From NCBI GenBank assembly GCA_964016885.1, contig OZ024742.1:273048001-273112000 (forward strand): 64,000 nt of DNA, in the 5' to 3' direction. The notes under the pieces were generated by a model. It was not told where the DNA came from. It saw only the letters and a program-made list of their open reading frames with translations, and did not search any database. A program made the position numbers and the translations under genes. Of this stretch, positions 1-13,474 are shown piece by piece. The DNA is from Eledone cirrhosa (Eukaryota). Positions within the stretch are counted from its first letter, which is position 1; the number at the start of each line of letters is the position of its first letter.

Positions 1-60
<60 letters not shown>

Positions 61-296
61 ATATCGAAATGGTCTCATCAGGACTCGAACTGTTTCATTC
101 GAGGAAATCATCTGGACTTTTCTGATGGTTTCGTTCGAATAAACTTGTTTTATTCCTGTAGAAACCATTTGTATATTAAAAATGTATATTCAGTTATGTA
201 TTGAGTACCTTACTTACTGTCGTTACCCCCGATTAAACCCGTGATATACATATCTATATATCTATATATCTATATCTATATCTATGTATCTATCTA

Positions 297-368
<72 letters not shown>
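1..368. repeat. (TA)n/(TATC)n microsatellites flanking a ~185-bp cassette (61-245)
   Basis: Directly visible dinucleotide runs at 1-60 and ~245-368. Confidence 0.95.
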
Positions 369-372
<4 letters not shown>

Positions 373-535
373 GAAATTAAAAGATGGTTAAAACATTCCA
401 TATATTACTTTTTTTGCGATTTTCAAAAACAAATACCATCCTGGGACGATAGTTGCGTTATCATCAGATATAATAAGGTTACATGATATGATGCCTAAAA
501 ATAAAACACTTGTGAACAAGAAAGTGTCCATCAAC

Positions 536-567
<32 letters not shown>

Positions 568-596
568 GTATATATATATATGTATGTATATATATA

Positions 597-668
<72 letters not shown>

Positions 669-675
<7 letters not shown>

Positions 676-838
676 CAAGGCTCTGATACCATCAACACTA
701 TAAACACAGAGCTGGCATATATAAGAACTGACTAACAGCCTGATGAGGTCATAGCCATTCAATGGCTATCATCGAAATATATATACGAATAAATAAAGGA
801 TTATGAGTTCAAGCAATTGACTTATTTTTCGTCACTAT
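669..838 (+). mobile_element. Solo fragment of a PLE terminal repeat (pLTR) embedded in (TA)n
   Basis: Near-identical to 17158-17325 and 20912-21077; contains CTGATGAG-ATAGCCATTcAATGGCTAT-CGAAA core. Confidence 0.9.
735..790 (+). ncRNA. Degenerate hammerhead ribozyme (stem I broken)
   Basis: CUGAUGA, stem II and GAAA-UAUAUAUA intact; stem I arms ACAGC/CGAAT no longer pair, unlike the ACTGC/GCAGT copies. Confidence 0.6.
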
Positions 839-941
839 ATATATATATATATATATATATGCATATATATACGTGTATATATATATATATATATATGCAT
901 ATATATACGTGTATATATATATATATATATATATGCATATA

Positions 942-1003
<62 letters not shown>

Positions 1004-1004
<1 letters not shown>

Positions 1005-1235
1005 GGTGGTGGATTGGTAGTATCGGTAGAGTGTCGGACGCTATGCTTTATAACATAGAGTTACGGCCCTTTATTAACTGAGTTCAAATCACGCCGAGGT
1101 TAACCTTGCCTTTCACCCTTACGGGGTCGATAAGTTAAATTAACAATAATGCAATGGGTTAATTGCTGACCTTGTGCCAAACATAGAGACTGGTGTTCTG
1201 AAATAGCCAAACATAGAGGTTGGTGTTCTGAAATA
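1004..1235 (+). mobile_element. tRNA-derived SINE with 30-bp tandem duplication at its 3' end
   Basis: A-box-like TGGTAGTATCGG, B-box GAGTTCAAATC, body GCCGAGGTTAAC..GGGGTCGATAA; GCCAAACATAGAG..TCTGAAATA twice (1176-1235). Confidence 0.85.
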
Positions 1236-1332
1236 GCGAATAATACATGAATGTACGCATAGTATATTTGGCAATATACCGTATGTTTAATTAAAAACAT
1301 TTAGAAGACCATACGCTATCAGTTTTAAAGTA

Positions 1333-2565
1333 GTGGCTATGTCACTTACTTTGTTTCGGCGAAATAAGGGCGAGAAGCTGACAGACAGTTTCACGCTGGT
1401 TGGCATTCAGTCAGTACCTCTCCCTTCTTTCACCGAACCGAAGTTACTTATTGATAAGATGGTAATGAGGAATTGCAAGAGGAGACACACTGGTCTTGCT
1501 ATGGGATGGATAGACTACAAAAAGGCATTTGACATGGTGCCTCATTCTTGGATCACCAAAAGCCTGGAGATCTTCAAGGTGGCAGATAACATCAGACGGT
1601 TGTTGGGCAAAAGTATGAAGTCCTGGGAAACAGAGTTAACATCAACTGGAGAATCCTTGGGAAGCGTGAAGATCAAGAGAGGTATCTTCCAGGGAGATAG
1701 TCTGTCCCCTCTGTTGTTTGTCCTTGCCCTGATGCCCCTGACCACTGTACTGCGAAAAGTGAGAACAGGATACAGGTTGGGAAAGGGAGGGCTTACCATA
1801 AATCACCTCCTCTTCATGGACGATCTTAAGCTCTTCGGGAAGAGTGAGAAGGAGTTGGATGTGCTTGTTGACACTGTCCGTATTTTCAGCAATGATATAT
1901 GTATGCAATTTGGTATTAATAAGTGTGGAGTCATTTTGATGAAGAGGGGTAAGTTGAGCAGAAGCAACAGAATCCAGGTACCAACAGGTGAGAGGATAAA
2001 GGAAATTGACTCTGAAGAAGGATACAAGTATTTGGGCGTTCTGGAGGCTGATGAGATCAAGAACAAAAAAATGAAGGAATTGATAAGAACTGAATACATT
2101 CGGAGAGTAAGGAGCGTATTAAAATCACATATGAACAGTAGGTATGTCATAAGTGCAGTAAATTCCCGAGCTGTGTCTATTATTACGTACAGTGCGGGAA
2201 TTCTGAGATGGAATGTTGCTGAACAAAAAGAAATGGATAGGAAGACTAGGAAGCTATTGACTATCTACAACATGTTCCACAAGGGGAGTGATGTCGATAG
2301 ACTCTACTTAAGGAGATCTGAAGGTGGAAGAGGTCTTATCAGCATAGAGGACTGTGTTCAGATGGAGAAAAACAACCTACACAAATACGTGACTGATAGT
2401 AGGGTGCCAATGCTCAGAATTTTACTGAAGGAGAGGACAATAGACGAAGGGATGCCCAAGGAGGAAATAACATCAAGGAGAAAGAGTAACCTTCAGGAAA
2501 AATCCCTTCATAGTACCTTCTTTGAAAAACTGAATTTAGAGATCCACAGACATGGAACTGGTTGA
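1333..2565 (+). pseudogene. Reverse transcriptase ORF of the Dong-like LINE (frameshifted near 2520; first ~35 aa not element-derived)
   Basis: 410-aa ORF with non-LTR RT motifs plus RLYLRRSEGGRGL; continuation lies in other frames with stops. Confidence 0.85.
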
Positions 2566-3187
2566 AAAGAGGAGACCTTAAAAAGGCTACAGAAGGAATG
2601 TTAATGGCTGAGCAGGAGCAGGCCCTCAAAACGATGTGGTTGAAATACCATATTTACAAGGAGGAGGCTAGCCCACTGAGCAGGATGAGGAGAGAGAGAG
2701 AAGACTGTGGCTCACATTGTATCCGAGTGTAAACACCTAGCCCAAACCCACTATAAGGTCTGGAGACATGATGTGATGGGCAGGGTGATCCACTGGCACC
2801 TATGCAAAGTAAACAATTTGTCACATTCTGAGAGTGGTTTGAGCATAAGCCAGAGTCGGTGATAGAAAACGATCAGGTGAAGGTGCTGTGGGATTTTAGG
2901 ATACAGACGGACTAGAAACTGGAACACAATAGACCTGACCTGGTGATTGTGAACAAAGAAAAAAGATCGTAGCTGATTGTGGATGTGGCCTGCCCATTCG
3001 ACACGAGAGTGCAAGAGAAGGAGAGGGAGAAAATTAACCGATACCAGGACTTAAAGTGGGAGGTAAAAAGGATTTGGAACTGCCATGAAGTCAAAGTGAT
3101 CCCGATTGTCATAGGCGCAGGTAGTGGCTTGATATTCATTTCAACAAACTTTCCAGTTAACTAACATCAATGACTGAGACTCAAAGA
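1440..3187 (+). mobile_element. 5'-truncated R4/Dong-like non-LTR retrotransposon (RT + CCHC + restriction-like endonuclease)
   Basis: RT motifs IDYKKAFDMV, GIFQGDSLSPLLF, FMDD; downstream broken frames give HIVSECKHL and HNRPDLVIV..DVACPFD (PD-(D/E)xK); 3' end followed by TAA repeats. Confidence 0.9.
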
Positions 3188-3207
3188 GTAATAACAATAA
3201 TAATAAT

Positions 3208-6200
3208 GATTTTTTTATAGGCCACAAGGGCTGAAATGTAGAAAAAAATTACAGACAGCACAGGACGGTACAGGTCGGTACGATGTGGGTTTTTTGCGTG
3301 TGAAGATTTTTATTATTTATATAAGAAACGTAAAAGAAAAAAGACATAGAAACATATATATATATAACAATAAAAATGAAAATTCAAACAATGAAAAATT
3401 TCCCAATTGAAGTAAAACCTCCGAGGGTTACTCGTGGCGAAAACCAAACAAAACGCTACGGCCACCCTAACCACCAGAGCAAGAGCCCTCTCTCAATTTA
3501 TTTTCCATTACTCAAACTACAAGCGTATATTCAGAGCGGTCCCGTTCACTCGGACCATTTTCGCTACATTCACCCACCTTTCAACAAACTTGGTAGAAGA
3601 CAGCACTTGCCTCTCAACTCTGATTTTCCTCTCCAAGTGAAATTTGAAAAAGTTAATCAGGTATTCGCCGAATGTCTTCAATCCTTTCAACCTTGTCCAC
3701 CATCCATTTTCTATCGCCATGCCCACGGGGCAGGTGAAAACTGCCTGCCCTTCCACCTCCTTAAAGGAGGACGGCGGGGCTATCTACACAATGGACTCAG
3801 TCGATAACCGCGTCGGTCCTACACGCGACAGCAACTGTTCGACATAGCTCTACATGTCAGCAATGCTCGGGCACTTAAAGGAGTGCGTGCACGACAGGTT
3901 CGTCGTTCTGCGCCCATCTCGGACAGGCTCGGCTGACGGCACTTCCATGCCTGTAGAGCTTATCGGGAACTGGAAAATCTCCCCGGTAGCACTGCCAGGT
4001 CAGGGATTTCTGGAAGTTATCCATAGGCCCTGGGTTGAAAGTTCTCCAGAAGAGAGAAAACAGCTGATTTTCTTCGACGCCCAGGATCTTATTGCACTCC
4101 CCCACCCCACCCCAGTAGTCCTCTTTGGATGTTCCACCAATACTGGTGCCCAGCTGGCAGAGCGTAGAGAGCGCTTGGAGACATTCCAGTTTCCAAGCGC
4201 TATCCCTCGGTCTTTTCCTGACCCAGAACTGCAGTTCCGTCAAGGAGATGAGCTGTGGCAAAACGTGCCTGGCTAACGGCGACCACACCTGTTCTCCGTC
4301 AAGGAAGCACCAAAGATGTCGTAGCCTCAGCGCATGTTTGCGCACCATCAGCTATGGCATGCCCAGTCCTCCACGCAACGGGTGTTGACAGTAGATGGAT
4401 CGTCTGACCATGGGAGCGCCTCCCTTCCACAAAAAGAGGAAGTGGAGGCGCACTATTTTGGTGAGAGTTGGGCCGGGCAAGCGACGACGGTGAGGCGGTA
4501 GCAGATGGCGGATGCGATTTATGTATTTACCACCTCCGCCCGGCCTTTCAGGGACAGCTTCCTCTCGGCCCATTTCTGGGTGAGGTAGGCCACATTGCTC
4601 GTCAGCTCGTTCCAGTTTTTCTCCATATGGAGATCCGGACCGATCAGAAACCGAGCAATGTAACCGATCTTTCCGTCCAGCGCCCAACGACGCTGTCTGA
4701 TGACATGGACTTGCCTCTCCAGGTTCCGAGTTGCATGCCCATTGACTTTTCCTGATTTATCTTTGCTCCTGTCACCGCTACGTATTCCTTGAGAGCGGTG
4801 CCTAGCATCTGGTTGTGTTTGGTGCTCGACACACACCACGGTGGCATCGTCGGCGTAAGATGATACGGATCTCCCGTATTCCAGTTCACGTGGGACCCCC
4901 TCATTGTCTCCAATGTATGCAGTAACAGGTCGAGGGCCAATACGTACAAGAGGGACGAGAGAGGACAAACTTGGCGTTACGAGCACATGATGTTGAAATG
5001 CTGCGACAGGAGCCCATTCACACTCACAATCGAGCAGATGTCGCTGTGCATCTCAGCGATACAGCCTTTAAAACCAAGCCCAAAGCCGGCCCCCTCTAGG
5101 AACGCAGCCAGATACCGGTGGTCGATCCTATCAAATGCTTTAAATCAGGGCCCCACCCGTGCCATGTTACTTAACCACCCTCCCTATGATATATCGAATG
5201 AGATAGAGGTTGTCGTGGATGGTCTCTCCGTAATGACACATGTATGTGCCTCTCACACCAGATCACCGACGACAAGCGCCAATCTTTTTGCTAACCCCTT
5301 TGTCCAAAATGTTGAACTCTGCCTCTAGCAGAGTTATGGGACCGAAGTTCTCTATAACGTACTTTTTCTCCGGGACTTTTCTGAGCAGCGCCTATCACTC
5401 CCCGGCTCACAAAACTGGGAATGCCCTCGTTCTGCTGCCAGTTGCAGTGGACATCTGCCAAGAGGTCTCCGAACAAGCCTGGCATGTACGAATAAAGCTC
5501 GTCCGACAGACAATCCAAAACTGGCAATTTACCCCTCGCGCAGTCAGACATCGATCCCGTATTACATCTGCTGTTATCGGCTTTTCGCTGCACTGTGCTG
5601 CGGTAACCGACAGCCGCGCCAGTCCAACGACGTATGCACTGAAGTCCATACTCCGATCCGGCCCACCACCCGTTCCCTAACAATTGAACAAAGTGCTGCT
5701 AAAAAGCCACATACATCTGCTCGGGTTCGAGTAACGTGCGCCGGTTTTGACCAGGCAAAGATTTAATTGTGGACTTGTTTCCACGTCGCGCCTCCACCAC
5801 CCAAACCCTTTGAACGGCTTTCATCTCCTTCTGTCTCAGAGCACGCGCTCTATCTCTGACAAGGAAGCCTTCACGCTTTGCGTTGAAGAATTGGTCAAGT
5901 GCCAGTCACGCCGCAAGCAATTTGGTCGCGATGCCTGTCCTAAACGCCTCTTCTATCTTTCAAACTAGCTTTCCTACTCTATGTTCCTTAATTACTACTC
6001 CTTTGCTAAACCTTATTGATTCTACTCTAATAGCCTTTTTCAGCGTAAACCACCACCTGTTGTTGACGATCGTACCGGTCAACACACGCTTAACTAATTC
6101 GCTTATCCGGTCTCTGTAATCTTTGCGCGCCCGGAAAGACGCGTTCCGATTCCAGTAACCGGGTCCTTGCCTATGAAGTCTATCTAAGTCAACTTCACAG

Positions 6201-8480
6201 ATCACAAATTTGGAGTCCGTGTATTCGAATACTTTAAATTGTGATCAACCTACACTAGCCTTATCTGTTTCCCTACAGATGTTCCAAGAAAGGTCTCTAG
6301 ACGTCTGAAAAGTTTGCCCGTCCTGCCCTTGTTGGGGCGTAGACGGCTACTAGCCTAAAAGCAATGCTCCTCACTGCCTGTCACGTCCAGTACCACCGAC
6401 TTACTTTCTGGGCTCAGGAAGATGGCACCTGTGGCGAGATCCAAGCCTCTCCGAAAAAGCACAGCAACTCCGCCCCCCGCTCCCGGACGGCTGGGAGATG
6501 CGTACACATCGTAAGCCGAAGATCGGTGCGAAGTTTCGTGCTTCGGAGATTCTGATCTCGCTGATGGCCACCACATCTATGTTTAGTGGCATGAGGTCGT
6601 TGAGCAGGTGACCCTGCTTCCCAGATGACCCCAGGCAACGTAATTTTATACTGACTATTCTAAGTACGGCCATGCTGGATGAGGAAACAGGGTAATGAGA
6701 AGGGATCACTTACGTTGATCGTGTGGGGAAGGAACAGTAGAACCGTCCCTTCGGCTTGTCATGGGTGTCTCCAAGATGATATCTGTATAGATTCTCTTGG
6801 TGAGTGAACCACTGAAATTTTTGCGTTCATTGTTTATTGTCTTCCAGTTTAATTTCGACAACTGTAATGTTTTTAGGTAATGTTCTTGGTGTTGGTGGGG
6901 TGTGGTAATTTAAGTCTAAAATATCGGTGTGCTGTTTTATATGTTCCATTAATCCTTTTTTTGTTGGTGTGTGTATGTGGGGGGGGGGGGCCTTGTTGTT
7001 GCTGTTGGGTATGTGTGCCTTGTTGTGTTTGCGATGTTGCTGTTTGTGGTGATGCTGGTGGTGGTGTGGTTGTTGTTCGTTGTGATGCTTTTAGTCGTGA
7101 TGGTAATGGTGGTGTTGTTGCTGGAAGTCTCAGTGCAGCCTTTTCCCCTCTCTTTTGCTTTCACCTTTGGAGCGAGGACTGTGGTGTTTTTGCGTGTGTC
7201 TTTTTGTTGACAAGCGTTTTCCAATCTTCAGCTGCCTCATGCTACATGTCCGACTGTGAGACGTCGGGGACGGGTATGAGTTCTATCCTCTCATTTGTCT
7301 TTGTTGTTGTTATTGATGGTGTTGGTGGTGGAGCATTGTCTGCCGTTCTTGGCACAGGTGCAGCTAGTGCAACTGTTTCTGATGCTGCGGCTGCCACCGC
7401 TGTTTTTGATGTTCATGGCTTTGGTGCGGGTGCCCCGGACGTTGTCTTCCTACTTTCTGTAGAAGCTCCCGTCCTTTTCGCTGACTGCTCTGTTTCTGGT
7501 GGCAGCGGTTTCGGTGTTGGAAGGAGGAGGACCTTCGCCCCTGTTATTTTCTCTGGGCAGAAGGCCCTGAGGTGAGACTTCAATCCACAGTTGAAACATT
7601 TTGGGCGCCTTCCTTCCACAGATATGGGAAGTTGGAGCCATTCCCGAGGTCTATTACGTCGGGAATAGCGCTGGTGCTGTCCGTTTGGATAAGCATCTCC
7701 ATTCCAATACCGGACCAGTCCTCTCTCCCCAACTTCTGTACCTGCAGAATTGTTGTTTTATCCTCGATGCCCGCAAGAACATACACGACCAGCCAAGGCA
7801 GGGGTAAGTAGGGTGGAACATTGGTTACCCTAACTTTTACAATTTTTTTCCCACAGTAAAGTGGGACTAACTTTTTGTCATCAGTTCCTAGGATCCTCAG
7901 TGAGTGCGATTTTGCTTTCTGTGTGGTAGCAAAATAGACGCCCACGGTAGCATATTTCTTGCCTCGGGTGATGTGGGTTTTCCATGTCCATATATTTCAC
8001 AAGTCCTTCTTGATTTGGGCCTCCATGGCTCTCTCCACAAGTCACGATTTCGTGTCAATTTTGCGGTATGACACTGTGCGTCACTCTTGTTCCTCCAGAA
8101 AGTCGGTTGGTGGTTTCAAGGACACTGAAAATTCAGATCTGGTTACCATGTGTATTGCGACCGCCATCTCCTCCACTGTGTTCGGGACTGTTTCTACGTT
8201 GCGAACCACCTTTTCAAAAGTGATGGTCCCTTTTTAATGGCATCATTGTTGCCGCCACTACTGCAGCTACTGGTGTTGTTGTTTGTGCTGTTGCTGTTGC
8301 TACTGCTACAAATGGTGTTGTTGATGTTGTTGCTGTTATCTGTTGGTTGTGTCTTTGGTGTCGCCGTTTTTGTTCTCGGTGCAATTTGTATTGTTGCTGT
8401 TGGTGTTGTCGCTATTTGTTTTCATGTTAGTGGTGTTAATATTGTACTACAACTCTTCAAATGTGCATGTATAATACATA
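3208..8480 (-). mobile_element. Tx1-clade LINE copy A (ORF1 zinc knuckle, APE, RT, C-terminal Cys motif), decayed
   Basis: ORF1 CFNCGLKSHLRAFC (7413-7619); APE start IVSIKLRCL..DVVAISE..GGGVAVLF; RT SSYADD, GGLGMP; CPRWAQNDEPVVHAL; 3' end abuts the TAA tail of the Dong copy. Confidence 0.9.
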
Positions 8481-8496
8481 AAATAATGTTCAAATA

Positions 8497-9280
8497 TCAG
8501 GAAAATGAAGTGTATGAGTCATGAAATACATGTCTGCGTGTGTATGGAGGGGGGATATCAGGTGTAGTGTTGGCGAATTTCAGGAAGCATGGAGGTTGTA
8601 AAGGATGCAATGTCTCGACAGCTAACAACTGATGCAGGTAATTTGTTCCATGCTTCAGTATCTCTGAGCTTGAAAAACTGTTTCCGAAACTCATGGGAGC
8701 TGTGCTGTTTTCTGACTTTGTAGGCATGCCCATGTGTGCTAGATATTTGGATATCAAAACGATGTTCGGGATTGTTGTTGGCAAGATGGTTAATAATTGT
8801 GTGGGTGTTTAGCAAGCCAGTTGCCAGACGTCGAAGCTTCAATGTATCCATGACAAGGGAAGCAAGGCGTTCGGAATATGGTAGATGCCTGATGGGGGGT
8901 ATTTGCTTGGTTGCACGTCTTTGAACAGTTTCCAGGAAATCAATGTTCAGAGCAAGATAGGGGTTTCAGACTGGTGAAGCAAATTCTAAGGGTGGCCGCA
9001 CCATAGCTATATACATCTTCAAGTAGATAGCTGGATAGTAGCTGACAAAGGTCTTGCTGGGTGATGCTAAGACACTTTCGGCCGTCTTGACAATTTTACA
9101 GGCGACTTCGTCCAACGCAAATCGCTGCTGACTAATGCCTAGGTCACGTTCACAAGAAGACTGTGGAGGGAGTATGTGGACGTTGGGTTTTTCCTCCCAA
9201 AATGCATGGTGGTACACTTGTCCACAGCCAACTTGATTTGCCAGTCCGTGATCCATTGCTGCATTGTGTCCAGGTCTGAT
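8497..9280 (-). mobile_element. CR1-clade LINE 3' fragment
   Basis: MVRPPLEFASPV, LETVQRRATK, YSERLASL..TLKLRR, THGHAYK, WNKLPASVV: C-terminus typical of CR1 ORF2. Confidence 0.8.
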
Positions 9281-11289
9281 TGCAGAAAAGGTCCATTTAC
9301 CAAATTGGTCCTTTTAGTGCCTGGCCTGCGTGTCTGCCTCCACCATTGCTGTTGAACAACAACAACAAAAACGGACGATCGTGTTTTCCTCTACCATTGT
9401 TCCTGAACAACGGCAAAAACCAACGCCCGATGCTCCCGCTACTACTCCTGTTGAAGCACATCATTAAGAACAGCAACCCATCTCTTCCTCTCTCGTTACT
9501 TCTCAACAACAACGATCGACGATTGTGTCTTCGACTACCATTCCTGTTGAAGAAGAAGAACAACAACAAAAAAGATAGTACATATGATAGAATCACAATA
9601 AAAATAGCAACGAGCTGTACATATGCATATATGTACACATACATACATAGCTTCGCGTACATACCCATGCACATACGCACATATATACACACATAGATAT
9701 CCACGCACTGGGGTACACACGCCTTCACTTATATATACATTCGGTATACCAGGATGTATCTCAATTCTAGCACTCAATGCCATATTACTTCCTAAAAACA
9801 AGGGTGACGGAGTGTATTAATAAAGAGGAAAAGTTGAAGATGTTAGGGTCCTTTATTAATTGAGCCGTTATAGATATTTCAATGACGATATATATCGTGA
9901 TTTCATCAGACAGCTAAAATTGATTGAAAGGCAACATTTCCAAGGCAATTTTGGTTTGAAGAGAGCGGATTAAAAAAATGTGTATATGTTTGCTTTGAGT
10001 ATCCGCACCCTTCTAACTTTCAGAACATCCCGGCAGCCCTGCGTAGTCACAGGCGTGTGGGTGGCTGACCACACAACTACAACCGAGAATACAACCAACC
10101 TTATTTGTTCTCTCCAGCTACCAGTCCTCTGCCACCTCAGCCGACAACTCAGTATGGTCAGTGGGAGTGAGAAATAGCCAAAATTTATGTACTGCTAGCT
10201 TTGGTGGACAGCAGAATATTAGTGCATTCGTACCCGCTACCCGTTTATGGAGGGATAATATACAGATCATCAACCCCAAAGTGAGAAAGCTACCTACTGC
10301 TATGGTTAATATAACTTATCATAGAAAATGCTTGAGGTTTCACAACACGAAAATCCAAAGCATTCAATATTTCACACGTTAAGAGTTAAAAGTGGGAAGT
10401 CCAGAAAACTAGACATCAGTCGATATGCTAAGAAAAATATTTCACTGGCAAAATGTATATTCGTATGAGGGATTGGTTTCAGAGCTGGGTATTAACTTGT
10501 TATGACACCCCACAGAAAAACACTGGCCTCTTGTCGAGAATGCCAGGCAATATTTAAAGTATCTAATGTAACGAACGTAAAAATTAAATAAGTAGTTGGT
10601 ATCAGTTCTATCCGGTGCAGACAAATAATATATTAATGATTTAAAGGAAAATCTAAGAAAAGGGATAAAAGTGTAAGGATGAACGGAAAAAATTGGATTA
10701 TGAAGAAAATAAAGGAAAACATATGTATATATATAAAGGTAAACAAGTATAATAAAAAGAATGAATGAGAGAAAATGCATGAAAAGAAATTGAAGGAAAA
10801 TCCGTGATAAATGTCTGAGTGGGGGCGTGTTATAGAGAGTCAGTTATATACACAGTGCTTCGGGTATTTTTGTACGTGCAGTTGCAGCCTGGTGAACGTC
10901 ACAGGCTGTCCGTGGCTATATGAGGCAGGGTGCGATCCGGCAGGAGATCTGTCTTCTAAGGTGTTGTATGGAGAATAAGAGGTAGTTGTTGCTTTTAGTT
11001 CCCTCATTAATCCGTTCAAAAGTTGTTCCGTAGTAAATTTCCGTCACCATTAGGTGTGTCCAACTGTTGGGGGTACCATATGTCTGTTTTATTTGGAACC
11101 TGTTGGCGATGTTTCTGCAAGCGTGTGGCAACAAATGTCAGCTTCATATTGCCCTGATGTCTCTATACAAATGCCCGAGTAAATGTGTTCGGGAAAATGG
11201 CACTAATTCTAATCAATTCCATTTGGATTTGGATTCCTCCAATGGTGCATACTCTGATCTATCCAGTTCATTATTTTCATTAACAGAAT

Positions 11290-12115
11290 TGACATGCTTG
11301 GCAGGTTTGTTTGTGGTATCATGACTAGTGCGTGTAAAATCAGTCGGCTAGAATTTGCAGACATCAAGGTGTTACTAAACTCGACAGAAGCTGAACTCCG
11401 ACTTGCAGTTGATAGGTTTGATGCCGAGTGCTGATGACTTGAATGAAAATACACGCTGTGAAATCTGAGGCACCCGTCCTTACAAGTAAGCCTCCGCATT
11501 GTACTCTACATGTAAGTAGAGTTACCATGTAGCAGGTGGAGTTCAAGTATCTCAGGACTGTGTTCATTAATGATGGAATGCAAGTGGCTGCATTAAGGGC
11601 AATGATTGCAAAAGCTGATTCAGTAATGCGCCGGCTTCAGCATTCGGTAATCAGAAAGGAGGTAGGGTTAAAAGCCAAATTCGCTATCTCTAATTCGGTA
11701 TTCGTGCCAACCGTTACCTATGTTCATGTATATTGTGTAACGACCGAAAAAATACGATCGCGAATACAAGCGCCCGAATGATGTTCCTCTAAAGGTTCTA
11801 TAATGTAGTAGTCACTCATGCAAGAGCCTCTAATCAGAATTGATTGATAACAGCTCCGATAATATGGACATGTTCGCAGAATGTCTCTGTAAATATCGGT
11901 GGCTAGATTTTACGGGCAAAACTAATCGGCAGGATACCCAGATGTTAACCCGAGGTAGAAAGTAAGATATCAGTCCTGAACTTCGTTGGTTTCACTTGGG
12001 CATCAAGCCGAATCAGTTGGAAGCTGTTTCGGTTGTGACAGGATCCGCTGGATGGGGTGTTTGAGATATCAACCCCCTACTCTTCTCTCAGTAATAAGTG
12101 TGCGACGAAGATGAA
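11290..12115 (+). mobile_element. RTE-like LINE 3' fragment, decayed
   Basis: EFKYLRTVFINDG, KAKFAISNSVFVPTVTY..RSRIQAPE resemble the RT thumb region of RTE ORFs. Confidence 0.7.
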
Positions 12116-12242
12116 TGTTTTTTAAACAAACGAGTAGTTTATCGCTCTACTTGGCTGAATACAATAAATGAAATCTGAGTTTTTCGAATATTAATGATAA
12201 TATACGATTCGTTTTCAATTATGCAAGCAACCTCATTAAAGC

Positions 12243-12566
12243 TATGTCAGTAGAATGACCCCGCTATCTTGCTCTTGTGTTGGCATGTAAACAGAACTCC
12301 ACAAGCTACTGTTTTGGGGGTGATTACCATTCAACAGTACAGTATACTGCTTACCTCTCAACTGTTAGAGCTAGTGAAAATTTATGATATTTTCTAAAAT
12401 ATACAGTGACATATCGGCCTGATTTGCATATTAGCAGACTACCTGATCAGTCAGATCTGCATATTAGCAGCCCCAGTGATTAACCAGATTTGCATATAAG
12501 CGGATTGGCAGTTCTGTTTACATGCCAACACAAGAGCAAGAAAGACGGGGAAATTCTACTAACGTA
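12243..12566. mobile_element. MITE-like element with ~56-bp terminal inverted repeats
   Basis: 12267-12298 is the exact reverse complement of 12510-12541; outer arms imperfectly match; TA at both ends. Confidence 0.8.
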
Positions 12567-12634
12567 TCTTTATATTGAATAATTGCAATCGAATAGAATA
12601 TTATTATTAATCTTCGAAAATCTCGGATTACATT

Positions 12635-12635
<1 letters not shown>

Positions 12636-12680
<45 letters not shown>

Positions 12681-12688
12681 CGTGTGTG

Positions 12689-12753
<65 letters not shown>

Positions 12754-12780
12754 GTGTTTGTCTGTGAATATATATATATG
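12636..12780. repeat. (TA)n(TG)n compound microsatellite
   Basis: Directly visible. Confidence 0.95.
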
Positions 12781-12934
12781 CATATATGTATTATGTATAT
12801 ATATGAGTTTGGGTGTGTATGTATATAACTGCTCATACATCTGCAGATACATAATTATTATCATGATTTTCAACACTTAGACCCACATGTCTATATACAT
12901 GCTTATACACATATAGAATGATATATGCATTGGT

Positions 12935-13205
12935 AGAGGCGTGTTGCCTTATGGTAAGGGTGTTCGTCTAACGATCAATGCCGTGGGTTCGATTTCTGGG
13001 CTGGTTATCGTGTTGTGTTTTTGAGGCAAACACAACCCTTGACGTTGCTTCAGTATAATCAGCTAAACTTGAGTACCAGTAGTAACTGGGGATTTAACCC
13101 TGTGATGAAATGGCATCCTGTCCATAGGGGAGTTTTCAACTGTCGGTCTCTTCATGCCAGGAAACCTGGATAATCACATGCCTGGTGAGCCTCCGTGCTC
13201 AAGAC
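12935..13205 (+). mobile_element. Second tRNA-derived SINE family, decayed
   Basis: tRNA-like head with GGTTCGATTTC B-box followed by TTGTGTTTTTGAGGCAAACAC body; unrelated to the main SINE. Confidence 0.55.
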
Positions 13206-13434
13206 AGAATTGAGATGTTTTAGATACAAATATTCGCACACACACAGATATATCCTATATACACATGTATATACGTTAATATAGTATATGTACGTTAATA
13301 TACTATATATATATACTATATATATATATATATATAGTGGTGGAACATTGGAAGGTAATATCCGTAGTGGTAGAGCACTCAGTCCATGGGACGAGTTTGG
13401 TAGAAGTGGTTACACAACAGTTAGTCACACCATA

Positions 13435-13474
13435 CCGAGAACAATTGTTTCACCTTAGCGGATCCTCAGCTTGG
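13435..13474 (-). ncRNA. Minimal hammerhead ribozyme (left inverted pLTR)
   Basis: Minus strand reads CCAAG-CUGAGGA-UCCGCUAAGGU-GAAA-CAAUUG-UU-CUCGG; one mismatch in stem I. Confidence 0.7.

Noticed and set aside
388-1058. Tyr/Ile-repeat ORFs (also at 12570-12880, 16765-17135, 21523-22038, 27387-27986)
   Set aside because: Translations of (TA)n/(TG)n microsatellites, which lack stop codons.
6880-7575. 231-aa Val/Gly/Cys-rich plus-strand ORF and similar ORFs at 40633-41215
   Set aside because: Antisense shadows of the low-complexity Thr/Pro-rich Tx1 ORF1 tail.
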